In this document: positions 1 through 13,728 of the stretch, piece after piece
Position numbering within the stretch: the first letter of the stretch is position 1
How the letters are laid out: every line of letters begins with the position of its first letter
Assembly: GCF_009914755.1 (NCBI RefSeq)
Contig: NC_060926.1
Source: the human T2T-CHM13v2.0 reference genome, Homo sapiens
Strand: one strand, 5' to 3'
Length of the DNA: 64,000 bases
The notes under the pieces: model-generated
What the model was told of the DNA's origin: nothing
Database searches by the model: none
Seen by the model: the letters and a program-made list of their open reading frames with translations, nothing else
Translations under genes and position numbers: made by a program

Positions 1-1537
1 GCACAAGTGTGTGAACTGATGACATCAGGGCAGAGTAGCCCCTCTTTGCTGGAGATCTGTGTTGAAATCTAAAAGTTGTGATCAAATTTTCATTTTCCAG
101 AAATACTTATCAGCCATCTTCATTTCAGTAGTTCTGTCCTTTGCGTTGGCAGTCTGCATTTAATCCTGATGCAGGTTGGATATAGAGCATGTAGGCAGAT
201 AATGTTTATGTGTTTAAAAACTGCAGAAATTATGATTGGAAGCCATGCTAAAAGCCGAATGTACAGGCCTGGCCTGCGGTCCGCTGAAAGGATAGTACCT
301 TATCATCTTGCCTAACATAAGAGTGTCAGGCAAATGCAGGGAAGCCCTGTTGGAGGCCACTGGCATTGGAGGCTTATTTTTCATTGAAGTATGAAGTTAC
401 TTTGAATGAGCAGTGCTAGTTTCTGAAAAATCATCCTTTTCCTAAAGTGTGTAAGTTAAAGAAGGGTGGCAAGATGTAGTAGTGGGAATTTTCGCCTTAG
501 AAAGGAGGCTTAGATGGTAGGTTCCACATGTGCACAATAATTAGTAATGCGTTTGTGACCAGCTTAGTGCCAGAAGCCTTTGCTGTCTTTTGGTTGACCG
601 CTGTGGGGTAGGTTTCCAGAAGCGCAGTGGCTGGCACAAAGGGTGTGGCATTATGGCTACTGCGTGCCCTTAATGGCCCTTCACCCCACACCTTCTCCAG
701 TGTTGTTAAGGCATGCTGATTTTGATGGACGAAAAACAAAAACGTTGATGACCAGTGAAATGGTCCTTGTCATCGCGTGTGAGTGTTTTGGGCGTCTCTG
801 ACCTGCCTGTTCTTTGGTTTCTCTGGGTTCTTACTGATTTGCTTGCACGTGCTGTATGTTAAGGACATCTGCCAATTTGCCAGTTTTTGCATGAGTGTTT
901 CTTTTTCAGTTTGTTTCTACTAATTATATTTGGTTTGGTTTCTGATTTGCCTAAGTGTTAAACTGTTATGTGCTTGAGGCCTCTAATCTTTTTTTTGGTA
1001 ATCTGTCCAGAGATTTGAGAGGTGAAGATTTGTGCTTTATCATACATTTTTTTTTACTTAATTTCTTATGTTATCTCTTACTTTAATTCATGGTATAAGG
1101 TGAGGCTCTGAATCTATTTTGTCAGAATAATCCATCCGTGGTTCCAGGATCACTTATTCATTGAATGCTTCTCTCCTGCTCTGTGAAGCCTTTTGTAGTC
1201 TGGGTTACGGGCTTTTTTGTGTGTGGTGTTTTTTACTTCCACTTTTTTATTTTTACTATTAGTTTTCTATCATTGTTCTTTTCCAAAAAGTTTTAAGCCA
1301 TCTTATTTGCTTATTCTTCCGGATGAATTTTAAAAACTCTTCATGACTCAAGAATTCCACTCTTGCAAAATAAACTAACGTCTCAGAATTTAACTGGACT
1401 TGTGTTAAATATATGCTTTCATTAGTTTAGGAAGTTTAGGCACCTCTAACTTCAGCTTAGTGAAGGTGTCCCCCTCTTCTGAGAACACGTTGCGTGTACT
1501 TGGTTGCGTATGTTGGTCACAGTGGTTGCTCGCTGGT

Positions 1538-1552
1538 TTATTTTATTTTATT

Positions 1553-1603
<51 letters not shown>

Positions 1604-1880
1604 TTTTGAGACGGAGTCTCACTCTGTTGCCAGACTGGAGTGCAGTGGCGCAATCATGGCTCACTGCAACCTCACTGCAAGTGATTCTTCTGCCTCAGCC
1701 TCCTGAGTAGCTGGGATTACATGTGTATGCCACCACGCCCAGCTAATTTTTTGTATTTTTAGTAGAGACAGGGTTTTACCATGTTGGCCAGGCTGGTCTC
1801 GAACTCTTGACCTCAAGTGATCTGCCCGCCTCAGCCTCCCAAAGTGCTGGGATTACAGCTGTAAGCCACTGTGCCTGGCC
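1538..1880 (-). mobile_element. AluS-type SINE with (TTTA)n tail
   Basis: Reverse Alu motifs (gagacggagtctcactctgttgcc...cccaaagtgctgggattaca) preceded by a (TTTA)n array. Confidence 0.95.
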
Positions 1881-2540
1881 TGTTGTTGCCTCTTAATCCA
1901 GTAGTTCTTCTGTTGATTCTTTTGGCTTTCCTAAGCAGACAGTTGTATCATCTGCTCTTCTTTTCTAATTGCTTCTGATATGTGCATCTGTGTTTACTGG
2001 TGAGCTTGTGCTCTAGGGTTCTTTTGTATGGTCTTAAGAGATTTTATTAGCAGACATTTATGGGCTTTTTGACACTGAGCTTCCCTGAGCTATCAACAGC
2101 TCAGTGGACTCCTGTCTTCCCCTCCTGCTAGCCGGGCACTGACCTCCCTGTGGGTTCCCCAGCAAAGCTGGCACTCTGCCTGAACATTCTGCCTCGCTTA
2201 AGTAGGTTCTCATTTGGGCAAATGCTCAGTACCCAGAGGTGTGTGACACACTGGACCTCTGTGTCTTGCTCAAGGGGATGAATGAGACTTTACTACAGGG
2301 TGTGAGGGTATCACATTGTTAAACATATTTAGACTCTTAAAGTCATTCTGGAATCCCTGCAGAATCCAGAAAGCATTCTGCCTGAGAATATTATAATTTT
2401 TGCTTATTTCTAAGTAGTGCATACAGAGCTGATCACTTTGACTTAATGAGTACATTTTAATTTCATTTGTTTGTTAACTGCTTTACATTACATTACAGAT
2501 TAAGTTTAATATATATTTTCATTGTGCAATTTTATGTCAG

Positions 2541-2642
2541 GAAGAAGGGACCCTAAAACCAGTGAAAATAGTCTTTCCCCTGAAAAGGAACATAACTTTT
2601 CCTACTGTAAAGCTAAGAAGGAACATAGCATGAAACAGCTTG
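2541..2642 (+). CDS. TRAF3IP1: Candidate additional TRAF3IP1 cassette exon (102 nt, phase 1-1), not in the canonical 691-aa protein as I recall it
   Basis: Acceptor ttttatgtcag|GAA, donor TTG|gtaagc. The frame is open: (G)RRDPKTSENSLSPEKEHNFSYCKAKKEHSMKQL(G). Acceptor context and phase match the exons at 4151 and 10286. Confidence 0.6.
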
Positions 2643-2929
2643 GTAAGCTAAGTGAACCATAGTGGAGGCTGTGAGTGAATGTTGAGAGTTGAAAGCTTTA
2701 CTGCCTGGTCCTGTGCTTCTGCTTGGTCATTGAACATGTGGAAGTCTGTGGGGGTGGTTGGCATAGGTGTGGCCCTGCTTGACCTGGGGCCTGCGCTCTA
2801 GAACACTGCCTTCTGGCCAGGGTGGAGAGGGGGCAGAGGGACATGTTGGCCCCATGCAGGGCTGCCCCTGGCCAGGTGAGGATTTCCTACCCTGAGTCAA
2901 TCACAGGCTTAAATTGTCCATTTGAGCCT

Positions 2930-4055
2930 TCCTTCACTGATTCTGCAGACATTTATGATAATAAAGAGAACACAGGGGTACATATGTGCATGTTAGTTTG
3001 TGATGAATCTTCAAGGAAAATGAAGCCAAGAGGAGCAGGAATGAGGGGCGTGAGCAGGGAGGGCCTCTCTGAGGGAGGACATCTGGACAGAGAGCTGACT
3101 TGGGTGAAGGAGGACATGCAGGTGTGTGAGTGGTGAGGTGGGTGGAGAGAGGAACAGTGATAGGGGAAAGGGCCGGGCCAGGAAGCAGGGCCTGGAGCTG
3201 CTGGTCCCGGAGCTGCTGTTCCCGGTCCACAGCAGCTGTGTGGTTTACAGTGAGTGCACACAGAAGTCCTTGAAGAGTTTTAAGCAGCACCGAGGCAAGA
3301 TTTGACTTAGGTTGTAGAAGGCCTCCTTTTAAAACTGTGGAGTGGCAGGAGTAAAGGCTGCAGCGCAGCGAGGAGGGGGCCATGGCATCTGGATGAGAGG
3401 AGGTGATGGTTTGGACCAGAGTGCCAGTGGTGACAGCAGAGTGGGTTTACTGTGCTGGCAGGTTGGATGCCACTTGTTTGAACGGAAAGGAATCAAAGAT
3501 GAGATTCATTGTGGGAGGGGTCTGGGCTCCTAGGGGGTGGCCTTTATTGACATAGACGGTTCTGGGAGACACTGGTTGGTGGAATGGGTGGCAGTGTTAG
3601 GAATTCTGTGTTGGACAACAAATTTGAGATGGCTATGGACCAACCAAGTAGAAACATCTAGTCGACAGCTGGATATATTGACTTGGAGATCAGGAGAGAG
3701 CTGGAGAAACCAAAGGGAAAAACAAAAAATGGAGAGTTCTAGCATACAAGTGATGTTTACGGACATGGACCTTTGCGCAGTAATTAGTCCAGGGGCGTGT
3801 GTAGGTAGGAAAGGACGTGGTGAACTCCAGAGCTTGCTGTGGTCCCCCAGGTCAGAAGAGGAAGAGGAGGAGGAGGAAGAGGAGGAGGGAGGATCATCCT
3901 TGCAAAGGAAACAGAAGGCCAACAAGTTGGAGGAAAACTTGGAGAGGAAGAAAGTGTTAGGGAAGGAGAGGGGGCTTCTTGTCAAGCTCTAAGGAGGGGA
4001 ATCATGTGGAGGCTGAGAATTGACCATTTAGTTGACAAGACAGTTTGCTGGTGAC
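2930..4055 (-). mobile_element. Degenerate LINE-2 fragment(s)
   Basis: The minus ORF 3530..3985 contains LSPDLQVNISSCRLDVSTWLVHSHLKF, resembling the L2 RT-end motif (LSPELQTHISNCLLDISTWM). Boundaries are rough. Confidence 0.6.
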
Positions 4056-4150
4056 CTTGGTGTAATGTAACCCTTATAAATCCCAGCTAAAACAACCAAA
4101 CACAAAATCTTTTATAATATTTTAATCTGTTGTTAACTATTTTATGTCAG

Positions 4151-4246
4151 GAAGGAAGGAGGATAATATTTCAGCTAAAAGTTTAGACTCCATAGTGTCT
4201 GGAATAAATAATGAGCCAAATCAGGAAACGACAACATCAGAAATAG
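4151..4246 (+). CDS. TRAF3IP1: TRAF3IP1/IFT54 coding exon (~exon 8, 96 nt, phase 1-1, cassette)
   Basis: tgtcag|GAAGG...AAATAG|gtaaga. Translates (G)[31 protein letters not shown](G), matching recalled TRAF3IP1. Confidence 0.93.
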
Positions 4247-6598
4247 GTAAGAAAAATATATTCTTTAGTTTAAATTCCTCACCACTTTAATGTGAATGGT
4301 TATATCTCAATGTAGTTATACATTGTTAAAAAATTATTCTAACTACTTTAATGTTCATGAAACTTTTTCATGATGTATTGAAGACTGGACATAACTTGAG
4401 GTTTTATTTGCTTTAATATGCTAAGTTATGTAACTTTATTAACTCAGCTTTTAGTTAATTATATGCCTTTTTATACATAGATTATTTTTACATTTCAGTC
4501 AAAATGCTTTCTTAATCTTGCTGTCGGGATCTCACAGTGGTGTGGCTGATGACATAGAGAAACGGTTTTTATGTCTTCGTCCTGCTCTGCTTTATTCTAC
4601 TCAGAAAATGCTCGCAGTAGAGATGTTTAAAGTGCTAGTTAGGCACGTTGGGGAAGTTGGCCTGTCACAGCCAATCACATTCAGTCCAGCCGTGTGGTGG
4701 GTGTGCCCAGCCCTCGTCCTGCTGCCTCAGAGGGGGTGGTCCTTGGTTCAGTATCAGTAACCACTGTCATCTGTGACTTCAGACGGAATTCTTCAAGATG
4801 CTAGAATTCTTCAGTTTCACTTAAGGTAAAAATAGTGTAAAATTAGACTTTAGGGGAAGAGGAAATTTTTGCTGGGCCCAACTTGCCTTGTATCTGTCTG
4901 ACTTTTACACGTTCTGGAGCGTAGCTGGAATACCGATCAGCACATCCTTCTCTCTCTGTGTGCGTTCCCCTGAGAGCTGGCATTTCCAGGAGTGGGCGCA
5001 CTTGGTACAGCAGCCGCAGTGTGAAAGATGATCTGTGGTTATTTTATTCCAAGTAGGGTGACTATATGGGAGTTGTCTGGGTCTTCAGTAGCATGGGATG
5101 GCGGAGGAAAAGGTGACTGAGCTGGAGCAGGGTGTTTCCACTGAAGAGAGCCCCTGCCATACAGGCATGCATGTTACCATTCAACCACATCTTGGTGATG
5201 TATGTTTTCTTTTTGTGGGAGCTTTCCTCATCTCCAGGCGCCTGGGGGGAAACACCCAGGCACACTGCAATCCTGCACTGCAGGAGAGGGCAGCAGGCAG
5301 TGGCGAAAGCCTGAGGGGTGGACTCCTGGTAGCCCCCACCCAGCTAGCTAGGACCTCATCTCTGAGGCCACAGGGATGACTCCCCACTTCCTGCTTACCT
5401 GCCTCATGGCCTTGAGCCAGCCACGTGAGTGGGTTCTCTGAGCCACAGTTTCCTCGTCATAAATGGGCGTAAAGATACCTGCCTTGAGGGTGAACGAGGT
5501 GTCCATTAAGTGGTGGCTTGCCCCAGGCACGCCGCGGTCTAACCCGCTTTATCACGGATCACCTCTGCTGAGCTGCCAGCCCCAGATCAGGGCGAGACAG
5601 CGCTCATCCTGAGATGGGCAATGGATTTAGAACAAATTGAAATCATTCTCCAGACACGTAGTGAGGACTGTGTAGGTAATATCAACAAGTGTGAAGATAA
5701 CACAAACCCAGGCAGTAAGAAGCACAAACTGCAAACGTGGTTTCTGGGTTGAACTTTTTGCAGAGATTGGGATGGAGCCTGATGCCACCTGCTGGGGAGC
5801 AGAGTCTCCCGCTGTCCTTGGGTGGCAGTGTGCGGTGGGTGGCGGGGCGGGGGGGTTGGGAACAGTGGCCAGGAGCAGAGTCTGGGCTCTGGAGAGACTC
5901 CCGGTCCCTTGTCTTTCTCCTCCCCCCGACCCTGGCCCTGCTCCCCTAGGGTCCTGCCACAGCGCGGACCTGGGGTCTCTGTCCTCGCAGTTGCAGGTGT
6001 TACCTTGCACTGGTCATGGTTTAACATTTGGAATTCAGAGTTTGCTGGCAGTTGTTACAGTTCCTTAATTTCTTCATTGAGGGTGCACTGCTATTGGGTC
6101 TGGTTAATGAGCTGGTCCTCACAGTACCTTTCCTTCTTAGTGCTTCGAAGAAAAGTCCATGTTGTCAAAGCCGGCCTTTGTTGCACTGACTGACCCGGCC
6201 CTCGTGAGCCCTGTGCCCATAGCCTGGGTCATCATCAGAGAATTTGTGGGTTTTATTGTTACCATTTTGATTTTTTGGGTGGATTAAAGAGTTCAACAAG
6301 GAATTTATCCATTTCTTTTTCAAAACATGAACAATTTCTTCCTGTACTCCAGTTGTTATGCAAGCTGTAAGGCATGCTTTGTTCGCTTTACAATTGTGTG
6401 ACAGTTCCAGGTTTTTCTGGAACATTAAGTCAGGTCTTTATTTTGCTTAGTTTCCCTCATTTCATTTTTGCTTACTTCTCTAACTGTTTCTATTGTGAAA
6501 AATATGGAAAAGTAGAAAGAATAGTACAACTAGTGCCCATATACCTCTCACCCAGATTCACTAGTTTTACGTTTGCCATTTTGCTTAATGTACAGTTA

Positions 6599-7110
<512 letters not shown>

Positions 7111-7713
7111 ATATAGTTACATATTTTAATGAACTGTTTCAAAGTATGTTAAAAAAACATCCTAACACTTTATCTCTAAATACTTCGACATGCAGCTTTA
7201 AAAAAAAGTACATTTTCCTACATAGCCAGAAAAGTATTGTCTAACTGAACTCAGTTATTGCTTCCTGATAGCATCTAAAACCCAAGCTGTATTCTAATTG
7301 TCCCAGAAATGTTTTTCTATTCTTTTTTTTTTTTTTAAAAAAAAAACACTGGCTATTTGATGACATTTAACTTAGTGTAGCTAAAATTTGCGCAGAACAC
7401 TGGCCGAATGATGGACCTCTTTCAATTGTATTTATGGGCCGTACGTCTGATTAGTTTCAATAACAGTGACTGATAGGGACTGGCCCCTCCCAGCCGGGCA
7501 CAGTGCTCCTTGCTGTATGCACAAGATCTCATTTGACTCAGGATGGCTCTGTGAGGCGGGGCAAACTGGGCAAACTGCGGCTCAGGAAGGCTGAGGGACC
7601 TGACCAAAGCATAGCCCATGGAGAGAGGAAGCGCCAGTGTTCCACCCTAGGGCGTCTTGAGCCAGGGCTCACATTCTCACCTACAAGGTTCATTGGTTAC
7701 CAGGTAGCTCTAG

Positions 7714-8078
<365 letters not shown>

Positions 8079-8883
8079 GTCATTTTCATTTTATAAGTGC
8101 ATTATTTATTTGTTTAAAACTATTATTTGACAAATTGGTTAGTCCCTTCTCTGTGATTATGAATTGATTCTACAGTGTGGTATAATTAGTGAGCTATAGT
8201 CTGTTTTCATGTTCTTTCTCTCGGTGTGAACTTGGGGTTTAGTAAAGCTTACATAAGAATACCACTAGAACTTTGAAAAGGTAAAATTGTGAAAGTGTCA
8301 TTGGTCTCTGAACTACAGAATGAAGATAATGCATTTATAATTTGCTTACTGTGATGGTGAATATGGTAGAGTATGGAAAACATTTGACACTTTGAAATCA
8401 AGTACACAACTTAAAATTATTAGAGTGTTTTCTTCTAAAGTTGAGCATCTACAACCGCCAAACTTATGTTTATTTTTAGATTTTTTTTTGTTAAGAACTT
8501 AATATTTCATGTTTATTCTCTGGTTACCCTGAGTAAAATATAAATAACTGTTTGAATCAGACTATTTAAGTCAGTATCATTTTCACAGATTGATAAAAAT
8601 GTCTTTGCAAAATTATGTGTCATCTATTTTATGTAGTTCTATTACATTATAAATAAAACAGTTATATGATAGTTAATGTCAGGTTGATTCTGATGTAAGC
8701 TGTTTTGAATAGTTTTAAGAATTATAAGATTGTGTTTCAGGAAAGGGAACATTTTACAATTTTATTTTTGTCTCTCAGTTTCTTTTTAGAGTGGTAGGTC
8801 CTTTGACTGAAGCTAGTTTTCCAGCTCTGGGTCCTGCTGTAATATAGAACCTATTCCTCTAGCCCCTCATCTGGGCCCCCTAT

Positions 8884-9747
8884 TTTTTTTTTTTTGAGAC
8901 AGAGTCTGGCTCTGTCACCAGGCTGGAGTGCAGTGGCACGATCTCGCTCACTGCAACCTCTGCTTCCCGGGTCCAAGAGATTCTCCTGCCTTAGCCTCCC
9001 GAGTGGCTGGGACTACAGGCATGTGCCACCACACCCGGCTAATTTTTCTATTTTTAGTAGAGATGGGGTTTCACCATGTTGGCCAGGATGGTCTCGCTCT
9101 CTTGAGCTCATGATCCACCGGCCTCAGCCTCCCAAAGTGCTGGGATTATAGGCGTGAGCCACCACACCTGGCTCCTACCCTTTTTTTTTCAGACATGATC
9201 TCGCTCTTACATGCAGGCTGGAGAGTGGTGGCATGATCATGGCTCACTGCAGCCTCGACCTCCTGGGCTCACGTGATTCTCTTGCCTCAGCCTCCTGGGT
9301 AGCTGGGACTACAGGCACCTGCCACCATGCCTAGCTAATTTTTGTAGATATGAGGTTTCGCTATGTTGCCCAGGCTGGTGCCTGCCTTGGCCTCCTAAAG
9401 TGTTGAGACTTCAGGCATGAGCCACTGTGCTTGGCCTTTTTTTTTTTTTTTTTTTCCCCGAGATAGGGTCTTACTCTTTGCCCTGGGCTGGAGTGCAGTG
9501 GCGTGATCACAGCTTATTGCAGCCTAAACTCCTGGACTCAAGTGATCCTACCATCTCAGCCTCCTGAGTAGCTGGGACTACGGGTGTGTGTAACCATGCC
9601 TGGCTAGCTTTTTAAATTTTATATTTTTTTGTGTAGACGAGTTCTCTCTGTGTTACCTAGGTTGTCTTTACTCCTGGGTTCAAGTGATCCTCCCACCTAG
9701 GCCTCCCAAAATGCGGGGATTATAGGTGTGAGCCACTGTGCCCAGCC
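8884..9747 (-). mobile_element. Three tandem antisense Alus (~8884-9173, ~9181-9436, ~9437-9747)
   Basis: Three poly-T tails, each followed by a reverse Alu body. The middle copy has an internal deletion. Confidence 0.93.
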
Positions 9748-10285
9748 TGTTTTTTTTTTCACAGCAAAAATATTTTCTCAGGTATTTGATATTTTTTCTA
9801 TCTTCATAAACTTTGGAACATCAGTCAGTAATTAGTAGACAATATGTGGAAGTTTTCAATATGGCCAGGACTGTGCACTGTGTCCAAAATATTTTTCTTT
9901 TCTTCCTGCATTCCTGAAACAGCCGCCTACTTGCAGCCTCTCAGCTGCTGGGTCTGGCTCTACTGGGGAGGTGAGTGGAGACTGGCAGTGTCAGGTAGCT
10001 CCAGAAATGGGGGGCGGGGGCAGTCTGCTCCTCCTGGCCTGAGTAGACCAAGGATCCACTCATAGTCTGGGGTGTCCTTTCCCTTTCACCCCAGAGCCGC
10101 CCATGGGGGAGGAACATTCTAGATGCATGTTTTCTAAAAGCTGCCTTTGGTCAGTCCTTTGTCAGTCCTAACTTGCAGTGTGGGAAAACATAGATAAGTA
10201 AGTGTGCTCTATGTTAATGAAGCCGCTGATCACCGGCCCTTTGGTGTACAGTCTTAATGACTAATTTTAAACTGTTTTATGTCAG

Positions 10286-10387
10286 GAACAAAAGAAGCTA
10301 ATATTAACTCAACTAGTATTTCAGATGATAATTCAGCTAGTCTGCGGTGTGAGAATATTCAGCCCAACCCCACAGAGAAGCAGAAAG
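10286..10387 (+). CDS. TRAF3IP1: TRAF3IP1 coding exon (~exon 9, 102 nt, phase 1-1, cassette)
   Basis: tgtcag|GAACA...CAGAAAG|gtaaga. Translates (G)[33 protein letters not shown](G), visible in ORF 10279..10497. 96+102 nt = 66 aa, the recalled difference between the 691- and 625-aa isoforms. Confidence 0.93.
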
Positions 10388-13243
10388 GTAAGAATGGTCC
10401 AGTTTCGCCCTTTACTGGCGAGAGCAGAGTGAGCCCTCCAGAACCTTCTTCTCAAAGGGCCGCAGCCCAGAGCCCGAGGTTTTCCTCTTGGGTCTGAACG
10501 TGGCAAGTGATTCACAGTGATTCACTTCTGCCTTTTTGCATAAACTAGAATCGAACATGGTGGTTTCTTGATAGCATGGGACCCACTCGTGTGCTCCCCC
10601 GTGCTCTGTAAGTGAGAGGAGGTGGCATGTTTCATCACTTGGGGGGTGTCATGAGTGGTCCCTGAAAAGTTTCGGGATCACTACTTGGAGAGCCCCACCA
10701 GTCAAGAGGTGTACCCCCCAGACTTCATGGTCACAGTGCTGTGGCCACCATGATTTTTCTGTCTGTCATTTTCTTTGAGTGTTGAATTATACCTCAGTGG
10801 GATTTTACTTTCACCATAAATTTTCTCAGCCTTTAAAAAAACTTTGGTAAAATAGCCATTCAATGTTTGTGTTTTGAGGCCTTGGAGCTCCTAACAGGCC
10901 TGCAAGGGTACCAGTGCCCAGGTAACCAAGGCTTGTGCAGGTGGCAGCGGCAGGGTGGGGTGTGGCCAGGGGAGGGCTGATGTTTGTTGATTTGTTCAAA
11001 CAGAAAATTATCTGTTGAAGGCCTACTGCATGTCAGCCCTGAGGCTGGGAGCGCATGAGCCAGTGAGGTCAGGCTGGCCTCCTGCCTTCCTGGTGCAGAT
11101 GAGGCTCGAAGATCAACCGAAATCGTTTGATGGGGTGGCAGTCTGGGACGGGAGGGGCCTTGGTTGGTGAGGGTGGCCCAGAAAGCCTGCAGGGCAGAAG
11201 GGGCTGTATAAACCAAGATCCCGGCTGGGATGCGACTGCAGCAGGGCTGGCTCAGCCCAGAGGAAGGGCCAGAGCCAGGTCCCTGTGCCAGCTTATGGAG
11301 TTTAGCCTTTATTGGAAGAGCAGCGGGAGGCTAATTATATCTTTAGGAGGAGCAGTATAATGATATTTAGATTTTAAAGAGTGGCCATGTTAATTAGGGA
11401 GGGTTAAAGATTGTGCAGAGAAGAGAGAGAGGCCTGGACTGTGGAGGCGCCCTGGGAGGGGAGAAGTGGTAGGATTCCAGGGCTGCTGGCACGTGCTGGG
11501 GGAGCTGGCCTGGAGCGTAGAGGGAAGGCCCAGGCTAGAGAGGAGCTGTGAGAGTTGCTGGCGCTGGGTGATGGCAGGAGCCTGGGTGGGGACTGGGTCA
11601 CCTAGGACGAGATTGTGAGTGCAGGAGCTGGCAGAGCACTGGCGCTGTGGAAGCACAGGCGTCGGGGAGGATGGTGTGGGCCATGTGGCAGGTGCCTTGG
11701 GTTCTGGGTAACGGGGACTGGATGTATCCATTGAAAGGTAGAGAGTTCACTGTGCTGACTTTCCTTCTGGGTATCGGCCTTGTGGTTGAATAACTGCACC
11801 TCTCAGGCACCTTTTTGAGTGCTGTGTTAATCCAGGGTCTGTTCCTAACACCCTGGTGTTTTGAAGAAAGAGCCGGGGATTTGAAACTGTGTCTGCTGCC
11901 TGCCCCCAGGTCGCACGAGGACTCTCAGTGCTGGTTTCTGCTAAGCACACGCTCCAGGCCGCACAGCCATGAGGAAAAGATCTTCTGCCACCTGCTCTTG
12001 GTCCCCAGCAGTCCCATCCCAGGGTTGAGCTGAGTCCTCTGCCCCCATTGGCCCAAAGTGCTGGGGTCTCTGAAACTGCCCTTGTAGTGGCACTATCTGG
12101 AACCACATTCTCCAGCCCCCTGCTAACCACTGTGCCCTCCAGTCCCCTAGGCCCTGGTGGGTGCCAGGCTACCCCCTGTGCTGTGGCACTTTGTGGGGTG
12201 TGACCTCTGGAGGTTCTCAGGCCCATACTAATAGAGTCCTCTAGAGCCTCCCGGTTCCCCTTGATCCACAAGCTTGGCCCCCTCTCTCCCTGCCAGAGCC
12301 ACCCTCTTAAGGCAGCATTTATGAGCTCGTGGCTGTTATGCTCACAGAAAGTCCTCCTGTGAATAAACGAGCTAGAGGTGTCTGTAGAGTGCTCCTCACT
12401 CTGCTCGGTGTGGACCCTCACAATAACCCAGGCTGATTTCTCGAGGCTGCATGAACTGTTCCTGTCTGAGGCGGGGCCGTGTTAAACGAGGCGCTGCATC
12501 AGGCCCTGCTGCCTCCTCTCTGCCGTATAGTGTGCTGGGCTGTCATGTGAATCCATGCGCTTTCTGCTCTTCTGCAAATGCGTTCGTGCATCTTAAGAGT
12601 GTGAAACAGAGATTTCCCACCTGTGGTTTTGAATCACCCCACCCCTGTGGTGCCACTGCTCATTTACTTTGACCGTTTAGGTCACATTTGTCCTCAAGAC
12701 AACACTTGAAGAAAAAGGATCCTGGGTGAAGGTGCAGAGGTGGGCCTCTGTTGAGCTGGAAGATTTTCTTCTGCTTTCAGGAGCTGATGGAAAAATGCTT
12801 ACCAATCATGTCTATAAGATGGGCTGTTGTTGACTGTCTCCCAGTCTTTGGAACGGCCCGGGATTTGGTTGGCCGGGTTCAGACTGTTGCATCGTTCCCT
12901 CACATTTGGATGCGCTTTTTCTGTGGCTCTGGCTTTGTCGATTCTTGTCTCATGAACTTGTTAACTTCCTCTCCGATGTGCTTTCTCCACATCCCTGTGT
13001 CCTGTTTCTATTTAGTACCATTTTATGATGCACAGTTTGTTTGCTCTTTGTTTTTCTATCTTTGAAAATAAAACAAAATGGCAATAGGGACATTAGAAAA
13101 GCGGCTATGAGGAAATGATCTTTTTTTCTTAGCAGACATCCAAAATTATGTACAGTGTGTTTTTTCTCCAATTCTGTTCTCATCATTTAATGTATTGAGG
13201 TTGACTACACGAAAGCTAATTTTCTGATGTGCTTTTTCTTTAG

Positions 13244-13264
13244 GTGACTCCACCAGTGATGCAG
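13244..13264 (+). CDS. TRAF3IP1: TRAF3IP1 21-nt microexon (~exon 10, phase 1-1)
   Basis: ctttttctttag|GTGACTCCACCAGTGATGCAG|gtgagg. Encodes (G)DSTSDA(E), bridging the flanking exons in the recalled protein. Confidence 0.92.
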
Positions 13265-13407
13265 GTGAGGAATGGCCTTAGATACCTGTGTGTCATATCA
13301 ATTGTATGCATGTGTGTGAATGTGAATGTGGACTCTCAGATTCATGCTTTATAAAGTGCATTAGTGAAAGTAACTTATTTTATGGAAAAAGATCATAACT
13401 ACCCTAA

Positions 13408-13728
<321 letters not shown>

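Noticed and set aside
497-739. Minus ORF ending SKPPF, which echoes the IFT54 N-terminal LLSKPPFRYLH motif
   Set aside because: Only 5 residues match, a stop follows immediately and the upstream residues differ. Coincidence, not an inverted gene fragment.
7350-7480. C/D-box snoRNA-like pattern (TGATGA ... CTGA)
   Set aside because: Box C lacks the leading purine, there is no convincing terminal stem, and I recognise no rRNA or snRNA guide.
11747-12421. 224-aa minus-strand ORF and the other overlapping ORFs in GC-rich intron segments
   Set aside because: ORFs occur in several frames on both strands with no domain or splice support. This is expected from stop-codon scarcity in GC-rich DNA.
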